Shown here: positions 18,401 to 28,500 of the stretch, piece by piece
How positions within the stretch are numbered: position 1 is the first letter of the stretch
Layout of the letters: every line of letters begins with the position of its first letter
NCBI GenBank assembly: GCA_934178555.1
Contig: CAKPQL010000006.1
Location: 6,102 to 70,101 of the forward strand
Origin: an uncultured Clostridia bacterium
Lineage (GTDB): Bacteria > Bacillota > Clostridia > TANB77 > CAG-508
Reading direction: 5' to 3'
DNA: 64,000 nt
Program-made: the position numbers and the translations under genes
The notes under the pieces: model-generated
The model's input: the letters and a program-made list of their open reading frames with translations, nothing else
The model's database searches: none
What the model was told of the DNA's origin: nothing

Positions 18401-19750
18401 AAGCCAAGTACATGTCCTGGCAACTATGAGCAAAACAAGGTTATATTTACAAAAGAAATGAAAAATGATTACACAATTTTAATACCACAAATGGCACCTA
18501 TACATTTTGAATTGTTAGAGTCTTCTGTACAAGCCTGTGGCTATAATGTGCATCTTCTACGAGAGTGTACTCCACATACAGTAGAAACTGGATTAAAATA
18601 TGTTAATAATGATGCCTGCTATCCATCTATTTTGGTAACAGGTCAAATGATAGAAGCATTAGAATCCGGCAAATATGATATAAATAAAACAGCCCTTATA
18701 ATGTCTCAAACTGGTGGTGGTTGCCGTGCAACAAATTACATAGGATTTATAAGGAAAGCATTAAAAGATGCTGGCTTCCCTAACATACCAGTTATTTCTT
18801 TCAACGTAGTCGGAATGGAAAAAATGCCTGGCTTTAAATTATCAATAGGATTAATGGAAAGACTATTCAAATCTGTAATTTATGGCGATTTACTACAAAA
18901 AATGTTAACAAAAAATCGTGCCTATGAAGTTAATAAAGGCGAAACAAAAAAACTTTTCGATGATTGGATGGAAAAATGTAAAAAGTTAGTAACCAAATCA
19001 ACAAATAAGGAATTTAAACAAAGTATTTATGATATTGTAAACGACTTTGAAAAAATAGAATTAAATACATCTATAAAGAAGCCTAAAGTTGGAATTGTTG
19101 GAGAAGTATTAATAAAATATCATCCATTTGGAAATAATTTTGTTGCAGATCTTCTAGAAAATGAAGGTGCAGAAGTTATACTTCCTGATTTTATGGGATT
19201 TGTTAAATTTATGGCAACTCATAAAATAACATTTAACAAATTGTTAAACACAAATAAAACTTCCTCTAAGATTTCTAAAATAGCAATAAAACTAATTGAT
19301 GTTCTAGAAAAAGATGTAAAAATAGCACTTGATAATTCTAAAAAAGGATATCTTCCTCCTTGTGATATATGGCACTTAGAGGATAAAGTAAAAGAAGTAT
19401 TATCTATAGGTAACCAAACAGGTGAAGGATGGTTTTTAACAGCAGAAATGATAGAATATATAGAAAATGATATTCCAAATATTGTTTGTGTTCAACCTTT
19501 TGCTTGTTTACCAAACCATGTTGTTGGAAAAGGAGTTATAAAAACGATTAGACAAATGTTCCCTGACGCCAACATTGCACCAATAGACTACGACCCTGGA
19601 GCAAGTGAAGCAAACCAAACAAACAGAATAAAGCTTCTTATGACAGTTGCAAAAGATAATTTAAAACTAAAAGAAAATTCTTTAAAAGCTACTCAACAAG
19701 AAAATGAAATCATAGAAAACAAAAATAAAGAAGAAAAAATAGGCATCTAG
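15425..19750 (+). CDS. Acyl-CoA dehydratase activase-related fusion protein (two BcrAD/BadFG-type ATPase domains plus DUF2229-like C-terminal domains)
   Basis: Two actin-fold ATPase starts (VGVDVGSTTVKIVVMD and FIGIDAGSTTTKLVLID), a Cys cluster CGRCENNCLL, 1441 aa as in the clostridial activase-like giants. Confidence 0.8.
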   Translation: MEDKLHVGVDVGSTTVKIVVMDDSLNTIYTNYTRHFSDTKNTVCNVLEQLATDYPNSLFTIALTGSGAMSAAKFLDLKFIQEVVSCKRSVEKYIPQTDVVIELGGEDAKIIYFDKFIEQRMNGTCAGGTGAFLDQMASLLSTDTAGLNELAKNYTTIYPIASRCGVFAKTDIQPLLNEGARKEDIAASIFQAVVNQTISGLACGRPIRGKVAFLGGPLSYLSELRKRFIETLHLKDDEIIVPEEAHLLVAKGAALDSLDSNPITVEKLKSKIQVLKSSVDTTTEPLAPLFVTDEEYQQFKARHEKAKVPTNDLSTYSGDCFIGIDAGSTTTKLVLIDNEGKLLHSIYGSNEGNPLKSVIKMLKELYSILPKSAIVRYSGVTGYGEKLVQTALNIDLNEIETIAHYTAAKQFMPNVTSIVDIGGQDMKYIKMKDNVIDNIMLNEACSSGCGSFIQTFASSLNISISEFVDEALKSRRPAPLGSRCTVFMNSKIKQSQKEGYSVGDISAGLSYSVVKNAIQKVMKVRDISTLGDHIVVQGGTFYNDAVLRAFELTVGKDVVRPNIAGLMGAYGMALLSKEQYETNMDMTYTSTITKADELDNISVKVSHVRCGRCENNCLLTVNAFSNGKKFISGNRCERGSGNVTDNSKLPNMYKYKFDRLFSYEPLPEENAPRGVIGIPRVLNMYEDYPFWFTFFTNLGFRVILSEKSNRKTYEKGMESMPSESVCYPAKLVHGHIISLINQGIKTIFYPCIPYSRKEYAEADNHYNCPIVISYSEVIKNNVEELKDIKFLNPFLPFDTKNLVKKVLELDEFKCYNFTKKELTLAATKAEEEYQAFRNDVHKKGDEILKYIEENNQKGIVLSGRPYHVDPEINHGIDTLITSLGLCVLSEDSIAHLGKAKRPIRVVDQWMFHARLYAAAEVVGKHKNLELVQLNSFGCGVDAVTTDQVEEILSSYDKMYTLIKIDEVNNLGAVRIRIRSLLASINKRLKEAPKPSTCPGNYEQNKVIFTKEMKNDYTILIPQMAPIHFELLESSVQACGYNVHLLRECTPHTVETGLKYVNNDACYPSILVTGQMIEALESGKYDINKTALIMSQTGGGCRATNYIGFIRKALKDAGFPNIPVISFNVVGMEKMPGFKLSIGLMERLFKSVIYGDLLQKMLTKNRAYEVNKGETKKLFDDWMEKCKKLVTKSTNKEFKQSIYDIVNDFEKIELNTSIKKPKVGIVGEVLIKYHPFGNNFVADLLENEGAEVILPDFMGFVKFMATHKITFNKLLNTNKTSSKISKIAIKLIDVLEKDVKIALDNSKKGYLPPCDIWHLEDKVKEVLSIGNQTGEGWFLTAEMIEYIENDIPNIVCVQPFACLPNHVVGKGVIKTIRQMFPDANIAPIDYDPGASEANQTNRIKLLMTVAKDNLKLKENSLKATQQENEIIENKNKEEKIGI

Positions 19751-19770
19751 CCTATTTTTCTTCTTTATTT
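19737..19770 (+). terminator. Rho-independent terminator overlapping the stop codon
   Basis: AAATAGGC-atcta-GCCTATTT followed by a T-rich run. Confidence 0.65.
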
Positions 19771-19810
19771 TTTATTATTCACTATTCTAACACTGTATGT
19801 ATTTTTATAA

Positions 19811-20338
19811 TTACACACCCATAAACAATTGCACATACACTTTTCCATAAATTTCGCTATCTATTACACATATACCTGTATATTCATAATCAATATCTAA
19901 TATATTATCTCTATGTGCTGGCGAATTCATCCATGCATTAACAGCTTTTACAGATGTTTCATTTCCTGCTAAATTTTCCCCTGCACACTTATATCTTACT
20001 CCCTCTTGTTTTAACATTTCAAATGTGCTTCCAAAGGTTGGTGAAGTATGAGAAAAATATTTATTATTAACAATATCTTCCGCTTTTAATTTTGCAACCC
20101 TTTGTAATCCACTATATGCCTGTAACTCATCTAATCCATTTTGTTTTCTTTCTTTATTTATTAAATTCAATATCTCTTGTTCTTCTTCAGATAATATCGC
20201 ATTATCTCCTTCAATAATTAATTGTTCCTCTGTTGCATCACTTGCACCAAATACAAAACATTGAAAAACTAATGCTATAGAAAACAAAATTGACACATAA
20301 AAAATAAACCTTGAAATTTTAGAGTTTATAACTCTCAC
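19811..20338 (-). CDS. Secreted CAP/SCP-domain protein (YkwD-like)
   Basis: Signal peptide, then NKYFSHTSP...CAGENLA...AWMNSPAHRDNIL, the CAP-domain blocks. GTG 20338 is better spaced from GGGAG than the ORF-track start at 20347. Confidence 0.75.
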   Translation of the reverse strand: MRVINSKISRFIFYVSILFSIALVFQCFVFGASDATEEQLIIEGDNAILSEEEQEILNLINKERKQNGLDELQAYSGLQRVAKLKAEDIVNNKYFSHTSPTFGSTFEMLKQEGVRYKCAGENLAGNETSVKAVNAWMNSPAHRDNILDIDYEYTGICVIDSEIYGKVYVQLFMGV

Positions 20339-20747
20339 ACAATTCACTCCCTTTAAAATATTATTTTTTAATATTTTTTCTTATGTGTGAAACTTTTATT
20401 CCTCTTCTTTAGAATTCATCAAGATTTAAATTTTAAATTATTAAATTTTATTTTTCTTGTACTGCCTAAATTATTATAACACATTATGTAAATTATGTCA
20501 ATTTATTTCATTTTTGCCGCTATAGTTAACAAAAAAATGAACCCTCCTTATTAAACAAATTTTGTCTAACAATTTGGGTTCACTTCATTATACTCCATGT
20601 TCCTTTAATTATATTATAAAACTATCAAAATATGATTTTACTGTTTCAAACAGTTACTACACTCCAGTTTGACACTTTATACATCCACCGTGCTTAAATA
20701 TTGGCAGATTTTTTATTTATATATTTGTTGTATGTTTATAATTTATT

Positions 20748-22592
20748 TTATCCAGCTTCTTCTTCTGTAAATTGAGAATTATATAAATCTGCATAAAATC
20801 CTTTTCTACTTAATAATTCTTCATGTGTTCCTTGTTCTACTATATCTCCATTATTCATTACTAGTATTAAATCTGCATTTTTTATTGTTGATAATCTATG
20901 AGCAATTATGAAGCTTGTTCTTCCCTTCATTAAGTTATCCATTGCAGATTGTATTTGTAATTCTGTTCTTGTGTCTATTGAGCTAGTTGCTTCATCTAAT
21001 ATTAATATTTTTGGATCTGCAAGTATTACTCTTGCTATTGTAAGTAATTGTTTTTGTCCTGCTGAAATGTTAGTACTTTCTTCATTTATTACCATATCAT
21101 ATGAATTTGGTAATGTTTTAATAAAATGATGTACATTTGCTGCCTTTGCCGCTTCTATTACTTCTGCTTGTGTTGCTTCCGGTTTTCCATATTTTATATT
21201 ATCTCTTACAGTACCACCAAATAACCAAGTATCTTGCAATACCATACCAAATTGTTTTCTTAATTCACCTCTTTTAAAATCTTTTATATTATGCCCATCT
21301 ATTAATATTTCTCCCTTATTTACATCATAAAATCTCATTAATAATTTTACAATAGTTGTTTTACCTGCACCAGTAGGTCCTACTATAGCAATTTTCTGCC
21401 CTTGTTTTACATCTGCACAAAAGTCGTTTATTATTATTCTATCTGAATCATCATATGAAAATTGTACATGGTTAAATGTAATATTTCCTTTAATTTTATT
21501 TGTATCTATTTCTTCTTTATTTGTTTCTTTTTCTTCAGGTTCTTCTATAAATTCAAAAACTCTTTCCGCCGCTGCTATCATAGCTTGTATCATACTAGAT
21601 ATTTGTGCAATCTGTCCTAGTGGCTGTGTAAACTGTTTATTATATTGTATAAATGATTGAATATTTCCAACCGTTATAATTCCTTGTGCCGCATAATATC
21701 CACCAAGTATTGCTACTATAACATATCCCACGTTACCAATAAAATTCATTATAGGATGCATTAATCCTGATAAAAATTGTGATTTCCATGCAGAATGATA
21801 TAACTCATTATTAGATTTCGTAAAGTCCTCTACTGCTTTTCCTTCACCATTAAAAGCCTTTACAATTGTATGTCCACCATATATCTCTTCTACTTGACCG
21901 TTTACATATCCTAAGTAATCTTGTTGTTTCTTAAAATATTTTTGAGATTTTTTTACTATTTTTCCTAAAATCACTGCTGTTATTGGTAATATTAGTAAAG
22001 ATATTAAAGTCATTGGTACACTTATTGTTAACATCATTATTAATATCCCAATTATTGTACAAATTGATGTTATTATCTGTGTTATGCTTTGATTCAAATT
22101 TTGACTTAATGTATCCATATCATTTGTTATTATTGATAAAACTTCTCCATTAGTTTTTTTATCAAAATAGTTCATTGGTAATTTGTTTATTTTTTCTGCT
22201 AAATCTTTTCTTAAATTATATGTAAGTTTTTGAGATACATTTGTCATTGTAAATCCTTGTATTAAAGAAAAAAGAGTACTAATTACATATAAAATTAAAA
22301 GTGTTAACAATATATTTCCAATTTTTCCAAAGTCTATTCCGCTTCCACCAGATATTTTGCTAATTACACCATTAAATATCTCTGTTGTAGCGTTTCCTAA
22401 TATTTTAGGCCCTATTATTGCAAATATTGTACTTCCTACTGCAAAAATAAATACTATTATCAATTTTATTTTATATTGTGATAAATAATTTTTTATTAAC
22501 TTTTTAGTAGTGCCTTTAAAATCCTTTGCCTTTTCCACTGGGGCAACATGCCCCGGTCCCATTTTTTTAATTGGCTGCCTTTTTGGTTCCAT
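20748..22592 (-). CDS. ABC exporter, fused permease/ATPase subunit (heterodimeric multidrug/lipid-type)
   Basis: Six-TM domain plus Walker A GPTGAGKTT, signature SAGQKQ, Walker B ILILDEATS. GAGGAGGG RBS. Confidence 0.85.
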   Translation of the reverse strand: MEPKRQPIKKMGPGHVAPVEKAKDFKGTTKKLIKNYLSQYKIKLIIVFIFAVGSTIFAIIGPKILGNATTEIFNGVISKISGGSGIDFGKIGNILLTLLILYVISTLFSLIQGFTMTNVSQKLTYNLRKDLAEKINKLPMNYFDKKTNGEVLSIITNDMDTLSQNLNQSITQIITSICTIIGILIMMLTISVPMTLISLLILPITAVILGKIVKKSQKYFKKQQDYLGYVNGQVEEIYGGHTIVKAFNGEGKAVEDFTKSNNELYHSAWKSQFLSGLMHPIMNFIGNVGYVIVAILGGYYAAQGIITVGNIQSFIQYNKQFTQPLGQIAQISSMIQAMIAAAERVFEFIEEPEEKETNKEEIDTNKIKGNITFNHVQFSYDDSDRIIINDFCADVKQGQKIAIVGPTGAGKTTIVKLLMRFYDVNKGEILIDGHNIKDFKRGELRKQFGMVLQDTWLFGGTVRDNIKYGKPEATQAEVIEAAKAANVHHFIKTLPNSYDMVINEESTNISAGQKQLLTIARVILADPKILILDEATSSIDTRTELQIQSAMDNLMKGRTSFIIAHRLSTIKNADLILVMNNGDIVEQGTHEELLSRKGFYADLYNSQFTEEEAG

Positions 22593-22634
22593 TATTTTTC
22601 CCTCCTCTAAAGTTCTAATTTTGCCATATTCATT

Positions 22635-24878
22635 TTATTTTAATTCATCTTCTGATAGTTGTGATAATGCTATTTGTTTATATGTTTCACAATTTTTCAT
22701 TAACTCTTCATGAGTTCCTTTTCCTACTATTTTTCCTTCTTCTAGAACTATTATTTGATCTGCATTTAAAACAGTGCTTATTCTTTGTGCAACTATTATT
22801 ATTGTCTTATTTTCTGTATTTTTCTTTAACTCTTCTCTAAGTTTGGCATCTGTTTTAAAATCTAATGCTGAAAAGCTATCATCAAATACTAATATCTCTG
22901 GATCTATTGCAATTGCTCTGGCTATTGATAAACGTTGTTTTTGTCCTCCAGATACATTATTTCCTCCCTGTGCTATTTCTGATTTATATCCATTTTCTTT
23001 TTTATCTATAAATTCTTTTGCTTGTGCAATTTCTGCTGCTAAATTCATTTGTTCGTCTGATATATCATTTTTTCCATATTTTATATTTGACTCTATAGTT
23101 CCTGAAAATAACATTCCTTTTTGTGGCACAAATCCAATTTTTTCTCTTAGTTTACTTTGTGAAATATCTTTTACATTTATACCATCTACTAACAATTCTC
23201 CACCAGTAACATCATAAAAACGAGGTATTAAATTTACAACTGTAGATTTTCCACTTCCTGTACTTCCTATTATTGCAGTTGTTTGACCAGGCTTTGCAAC
23301 AAAATCTATATCTGTTAAAATTTCTGTATCAGCATCTGGATATCTAAATGACACATCTTTAAACTCTACATATCCTTTTTTATTTTCATCAAATTTTAAT
23401 TCTTTATCAGGATCTTTAATACTTGGTTCAGTTTCTAATACTTCATTAATACGTCTTGCAGAAACAGATGCCCTTGGTAACATTATAGATATCATTGAAA
23501 TCATTAAGAATGCCATTACAATTTGCATTGTGTATTGTATAAATGCCATAATATCTCCTACTTGCATTATACCCAAATCAACATTTTTTCCTCCAACCCA
23601 TACTATCAATATTGCAATTACATTCATTATAAACATCAATGTTGGCATCATTATACTCATAGCAGTATTTACAAATATGTTTGCTTTCGTTAAGTCTCTG
23701 TTTGCTTCGTTAAATCTTGCTTCTTCCTTTTCCTCTGTATGGAAAGCCCTAATTACAGGCAATCCTGTTAATATCTCTCTTGTTACAAGATTTAGTTTAT
23801 CTATTAAATTTTGTAATCTTTTAAATTTAGGCATTGCTACTATAAATAAAGTCATAACTACTACTAGTATTGCAAAAATTGCTAATCCTATTATCCATGC
23901 CATTGACGTATTACTATTTCCTAATACTCTTAAAAATCCTCCAACTCCTATTATTGGTGCATATACTACCACTCTAAATAACATTCCTATTAACATCTGT
24001 ATTTGCTGAATGTCACTCGTACTTCTTGTAATTAATGACGCCGTAGAGAAATCTCTAAATTCTTTAGTAGAAAACTTTAATACTTTTTTAAACACTTTAT
24101 CTCTTAAATTTCTACTCAATTTTGCAGCCACTCTTGATGATAATAACATTATAATTATCGCTGATACCATGCTAACAAGAGCTATCCCTAGCATTTGAGC
24201 ACCAACTTTTAGTATATATTGAGTTTGATATTCATCCATATTTATTCCTAATGAAGTATACTCTGCTTTTACTGCTGCAATTGCTACTTGTTCTATCATA
24301 GTACTCATTCCTTTTTGTAACATTGCATAAGCCTCTGAAATAAAAAACATTAATTCATCTTCTGGAATTTGTTTTATAGATTCCATATCTAAATTTATAA
24401 CATCATCTCTTAATTGTTCTGGTACTACTTGAATCAATTTTTGAATTATTTGAAAATTACTTTGTTTATTGTTGATTATATTTAATGCTAATATTGGCTT
24501 CAACATCATTGTTTCTAGCTCTTCTTCTTTATTACTTGTTATCTTATTTAATATATATATATCCTCATTTTCCAATACTGGATATTTTTTTACATATTTA
24601 TCATATTCTTGTTGTGATAAATTTGATTTAGATATTAAAGTATAATTATCTAATATCTTATTATCGTCCATTGTAAACACTAGTAACTCTTCCATTTTGC
24701 TCTTTCTTATTGCTTCTAGAACAATACTTTCAATTCCACCTTGTTGTATCCCTATATTTACCACTTTAGAAGTATAATCTGGTAATGATAAATCTGCCAT
24801 TGCTTGTATACATAACAATATGACAATTATTACAACTGATACTAGTGAATTCTTTAAATTTTTTAATACCTTAAACAT
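22635..24878 (-). CDS. ABC exporter, fused permease/ATPase subunit with a ~170-aa extra-cytoplasmic insertion after TM1
   Basis: Walker A GSTGSGKST, signature SGGQKQR, Walker B ILVFDDSFSALD. The long loop between TM1 and TM2 is unusual for this family. Confidence 0.85.
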   Translation of the reverse strand: MFKVLKNLKNSLVSVVIIVILLCIQAMADLSLPDYTSKVVNIGIQQGGIESIVLEAIRKSKMEELLVFTMDDNKILDNYTLISKSNLSQQEYDKYVKKYPVLENEDIYILNKITSNKEEELETMMLKPILALNIINNKQSNFQIIQKLIQVVPEQLRDDVINLDMESIKQIPEDELMFFISEAYAMLQKGMSTMIEQVAIAAVKAEYTSLGINMDEYQTQYILKVGAQMLGIALVSMVSAIIIMLLSSRVAAKLSRNLRDKVFKKVLKFSTKEFRDFSTASLITRSTSDIQQIQMLIGMLFRVVVYAPIIGVGGFLRVLGNSNTSMAWIIGLAIFAILVVVMTLFIVAMPKFKRLQNLIDKLNLVTREILTGLPVIRAFHTEEKEEARFNEANRDLTKANIFVNTAMSIMMPTLMFIMNVIAILIVWVGGKNVDLGIMQVGDIMAFIQYTMQIVMAFLMISMISIMLPRASVSARRINEVLETEPSIKDPDKELKFDENKKGYVEFKDVSFRYPDADTEILTDIDFVAKPGQTTAIIGSTGSGKSTVVNLIPRFYDVTGGELLVDGINVKDISQSKLREKIGFVPQKGMLFSGTIESNIKYGKNDISDEQMNLAAEIAQAKEFIDKKENGYKSEIAQGGNNVSGGQKQRLSIARAIAIDPEILVFDDSFSALDFKTDAKLREELKKNTENKTIIIVAQRISTVLNADQIIVLEEGKIVGKGTHEELMKNCETYKQIALSQLSEDELK

Positions 24879-24971
24879 CCTATTTCCTCCTTATACATTA
24901 AAGTGCGTTTGTTGTTAAATATATCACGTTTAAATTAGTTTATCAAGTATGAAAATTTCTTTTAACATATC

Positions 24972-25001
24972 TTGACAACACTAGTAGATTTATATTATAA
25001 T
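24972..25001 (+). promoter_or_regulatory. Sigma-A-type promoter for tRNA-Lys
   Basis: TTGACA (24972-24977), 18-nt spacer, TATAAT (24996-25001), about 15 nt before the tRNA 5' end. Confidence 0.65.
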
Positions 25002-25015
25002 TATTTTTAGTTCAA

Positions 25016-25091
25016 GCACCATTAGCTCAGTTGGTAGAGCAGGGCACTCTTAATGCCAAGGTCCACAGTTCAAGCCTGTGATGGTGCACCA
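25016..25091 (+). tRNA. tRNA-Lys (anticodon CUU), CCA encoded
   Basis: Hand-folded cloverleaf. Acceptor stem GCACCAT/ATGGTGC, D arm GCTC-AGTTGGTA-GAGC, anticodon loop CTCTTAA, T arm CACAG-TTCAAGC-CTGTG, 3' ACCA. Confidence 0.9.
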
Positions 25092-25106
25092 AACTTAATA
25101 AAAAAA

Positions 25107-25137
25107 GAAAAATATGAAATCATATTTTTCTTTTTTA
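25107..25137. terminator. Bidirectional terminator (tRNA on plus, 86-aa ORF on minus)
   Basis: GAAAAATATGA / TCATATTTTTC stem flanked by A6 and T6 runs. Confidence 0.7.
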
Positions 25138-25395
25138 TTTTACTGCTATCATTAATTCATTGGGTTGTACAATTCTATTAGAATCTTTATAAAAAAATTC
25201 TTCTCCTGTAAAATATACCTTATATTTCATATTTTCTAATCTTATTTTCGAAAAATTTAAAAATAAATTTGTTTCTTCTTCTGTCAAATTATTTTTTACT
25301 CTTAGTTCATAAAACGTAATACATATATATTCATCATCTTCGGCTATTTTTTTATTTATATAATTTGTTATAAATTCTAAATTCACATTCATCAC
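25135..25395 (-). CDS. Hypothetical small acidic cytoplasmic protein (86 aa) just downstream of the giant gene
   Basis: Intact ORF with no TM helix or signal peptide. Weak or close RBS. Separated from the giant gene by that gene's own terminator. No family recognised. Confidence 0.45.
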   Translation of the reverse strand: MMNVNLEFITNYINKKIAEDDEYICITFYELRVKNNLTEEETNLFLNFSKIRLENMKYKVYFTGEEFFYKDSNRIVQPNELMIAVK

Positions 25396-25454
25396 TCCAT
25401 TAAATGTAATTTATATTATTATAACATAATTTTTATAAAGTTGCATTTTATTTT

Positions 25455-25489
25455 ATAAAAGAAAGGATGTACACTTCTGTGTACATCCT
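25455..25489 (-). terminator. Rho-independent terminator of the giant gene
   Basis: AGGATGTACAC (25464-25474), 4-nt loop, GTGTACATCCT (25479-25489), followed on the minus strand by TTCTTTTAT. Confidence 0.75.
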
Positions 25490-25516
25490 AAAAATTTATA
25501 TTAGATTAAATTTTCT

Positions 25517-28500
25517 TTAGAATTCTAAATAATTTCTTGGGTCTACTGCTGATGAGTATGAACCGCTTATTTTTCTTATTTCAAAATGTAAGTGTGCTCC
25601 TGTTGATGTACCAGCTCCTGCATCTCCTGGTTTTCCACCTTCTAATGCAATTTGTTGTCCTTTAATTACTGTATCTCCTACTTGTACATCAATTTCATAT
25701 AAGTGAGCATAGAAACTATATATTTTTTCTCCATTAACAACATGCTCTATTTCTATACAGTAACCATATCCACCATTTTCTCCTGCATACGTTACAGTAC
25801 CGTCAGCTATTGCTAATATTGGTGTTTTCCATTCTGCAGCAATGTCTAATCCTGTATGGAATTTCTCTTCTTCTCCTGTTGTTGGATCTATTCTTGTTCC
25901 ATAATCAGATGTAATTACATAGCTTGAATTAACTGGTAATACAAACTCTGATTTATTTGCACTCATTAAAGCCAATGTTGTAATTTGTGGTTTCTTCTGC
26001 CATTTTAATACTGGATATCCATTGTTTAGGTTATCTGTATCTGATTTATATGATTCACCTAAGTTTGCTAATAATGTTGTTATATCTGTTATTGGTTGTG
26101 TTGTATCTATTTGTTTACGTATTGACTCATTTATTGTTGCTCCTACACCATTATTTGTACTTGTACTTAAGTAATAACAATTTGTTAATGCACCAGTTGT
26201 TATATCTCCGTTTGTTTCTGTTACTTCTTTGAATCCTACTATTTCACCTACTGAGGTACTTCCAGATACAATTCCTATACTATAACAATTTTCTACTATT
26301 ACTTCTTTTAATATTTGTCCTGCTATACCACCAACTTGGTTAATTCCTGTTATATTTCCAGAATTATAGCAATTTCTTATTACAGTATTTCCTTTTGCAT
26401 ATCCTACAATTCCACCAACTCTACTTGCATTTGATGTTATATCTGCTGAATTGTAACAATCTTCTATTGTAGTATCAGTTGCATATGCAACTATTCCACC
26501 TACATAACCTTTAGTTGAAATTATATTACCATCTTGAATTCCTATATTCTTAATAGTAGCTCCATTTGTATGTCCAAATAATCCTACATATGTTGATGTT
26601 GAGTTTATATCAATGTTAGAAATTGTATGTCCGCTTCCATCAAAGTTTCCTTTAAATTGTTTATTAGATTTACCTATTGGTGTAAATGTCAATCCTGTTA
26701 AATCTAAATCATTTGCTAATGTTACTTTTTCTCCTTCATATGTTGTTCCACTATTTACTAAACTACTAAATTCTATTAAATCTTCTTCTGTTTTTATAAT
26801 ATTATCTTTTACTTCTACATCTGCTCTTGTCATATTTCCATATGAATCTTTTACTTCTACATAGAATTTATATGTTTTATTAAATTCTGAAACCATACTA
26901 TATGTCTTAGTAATAGTAGCAGTTGTTCCTGTTACAGTTTGTCTTGCAATTTCTGTTCCATCTTCTTTGTAGAATATAAAGCTATCTAAGTTTCTATCTT
27001 CTCCACTTGCTGTTAATTCTACTCCGCTTAATGTTAATTCTGCATCTAATGTAACATTTTTTGGTAATGTTATATCTTCGTCAGTGTCTTCCCCACGTTT
27101 TGATACTACAGCTCTTGCTCCATTTACTCTAACAGTTATATCAATTAAGCTCATATTAGGATCAATTGTAATAACATTATGCTCAATTTTATATTCGTCT
27201 CCTTCTACTATTGAAATTGTTTCATTACCTATTACTACACCATTTTCGTCTGTTACTTTTAACACATAGTTTCCTATTTGAACATTATCAAATCCAAATT
27301 CTCCATTTTTATCTGTTAAAGTTGTTTCATTTATTTCTATAGTTGCATTTGTAACCTTTGTATCTGTCGCATCTAATACTTCTCCAAATATTTCTATAAC
27401 TCTTATATATTTAATATCTTCTGCCTTCTTATCATAGTTTTTAATTAATATATCTAAGTCTTCATTTGTAATGTAACCATCTCCGTTAAAGTCATATTTA
27501 TCGTTTGTACTATCCACTACAGTATTTACTCTTGCTTTTCTATTTACTTGAACTAAGTCTCTTATGTCAATATATTCATCATCGCCCGCAACTTCACCAG
27601 CTATTAAGTATGCTTTTCCTGTATATCTTCTTACACCATATGTTGCAGGTATATCTATCATTGTATATTTCAAATATCCATCTTTCTTTATAGTCATCTT
27701 ATAATTGTCTCCTGCTGGTATCTCTACATTAAATGTTCCGTCTGCCTTAGTTACTGCTGTTGTTATTAATGTATCTGCATTATCTAGTATTTGAACTACT
27801 GTGTTTGCATAACTATTTTTGTTTTCTGTTATTATTGTACCTGTTATTATTGTGCGTTTCTTAATTGTTAATTTATATTTTGATTCATTTCCACTTTCTG
27901 CTGTAACAATTACATCTAATACTATATCTTTATCCATTGATTTTAAATCTTTTACAACATTTAGTACTTTACTTCCAATATGTTTTTCAACTGTTACTGT
28001 TGATAATGGATTTGTAGCAATCAATGTAATATCTGCATTATATTCTTCTGGGTCTAGTTCTATTACATATTCGCCTATATAATTCATATCGGTTGGTTTA
28101 TTCATAGTTGCTATTTGTCCACCGTTATATTTTACTTCTTCTAATCTACTATCATCTGATACATCTTTTAACCATAATGTGTATGTTTGTGTTCTGCTTC
28201 CATTTGGTGATACTACTGTTATTGTTACATATGTAGTATTTTCAAAATCTATATCGTTTAATGTTGCCTGTCCAGTTACTTGTTCTCCTGAACCATTTAC
28301 ATTGTCTTTTGTATAAATCTTAACAGTAGCTGAACCATACATTGAATCTTCTGGATATATACTATTAGCTTTTGCAAGTGCATATACTGCTCCGCTTCCT
28401 GCTAATCCTAAATTATTTACTTTATACTCGTATTTTCCTGGTTGTAAATCAACTTGTCTTCCTCCAATTGTTAATTCTTTCAATTCTGCTTGACTTGCCT

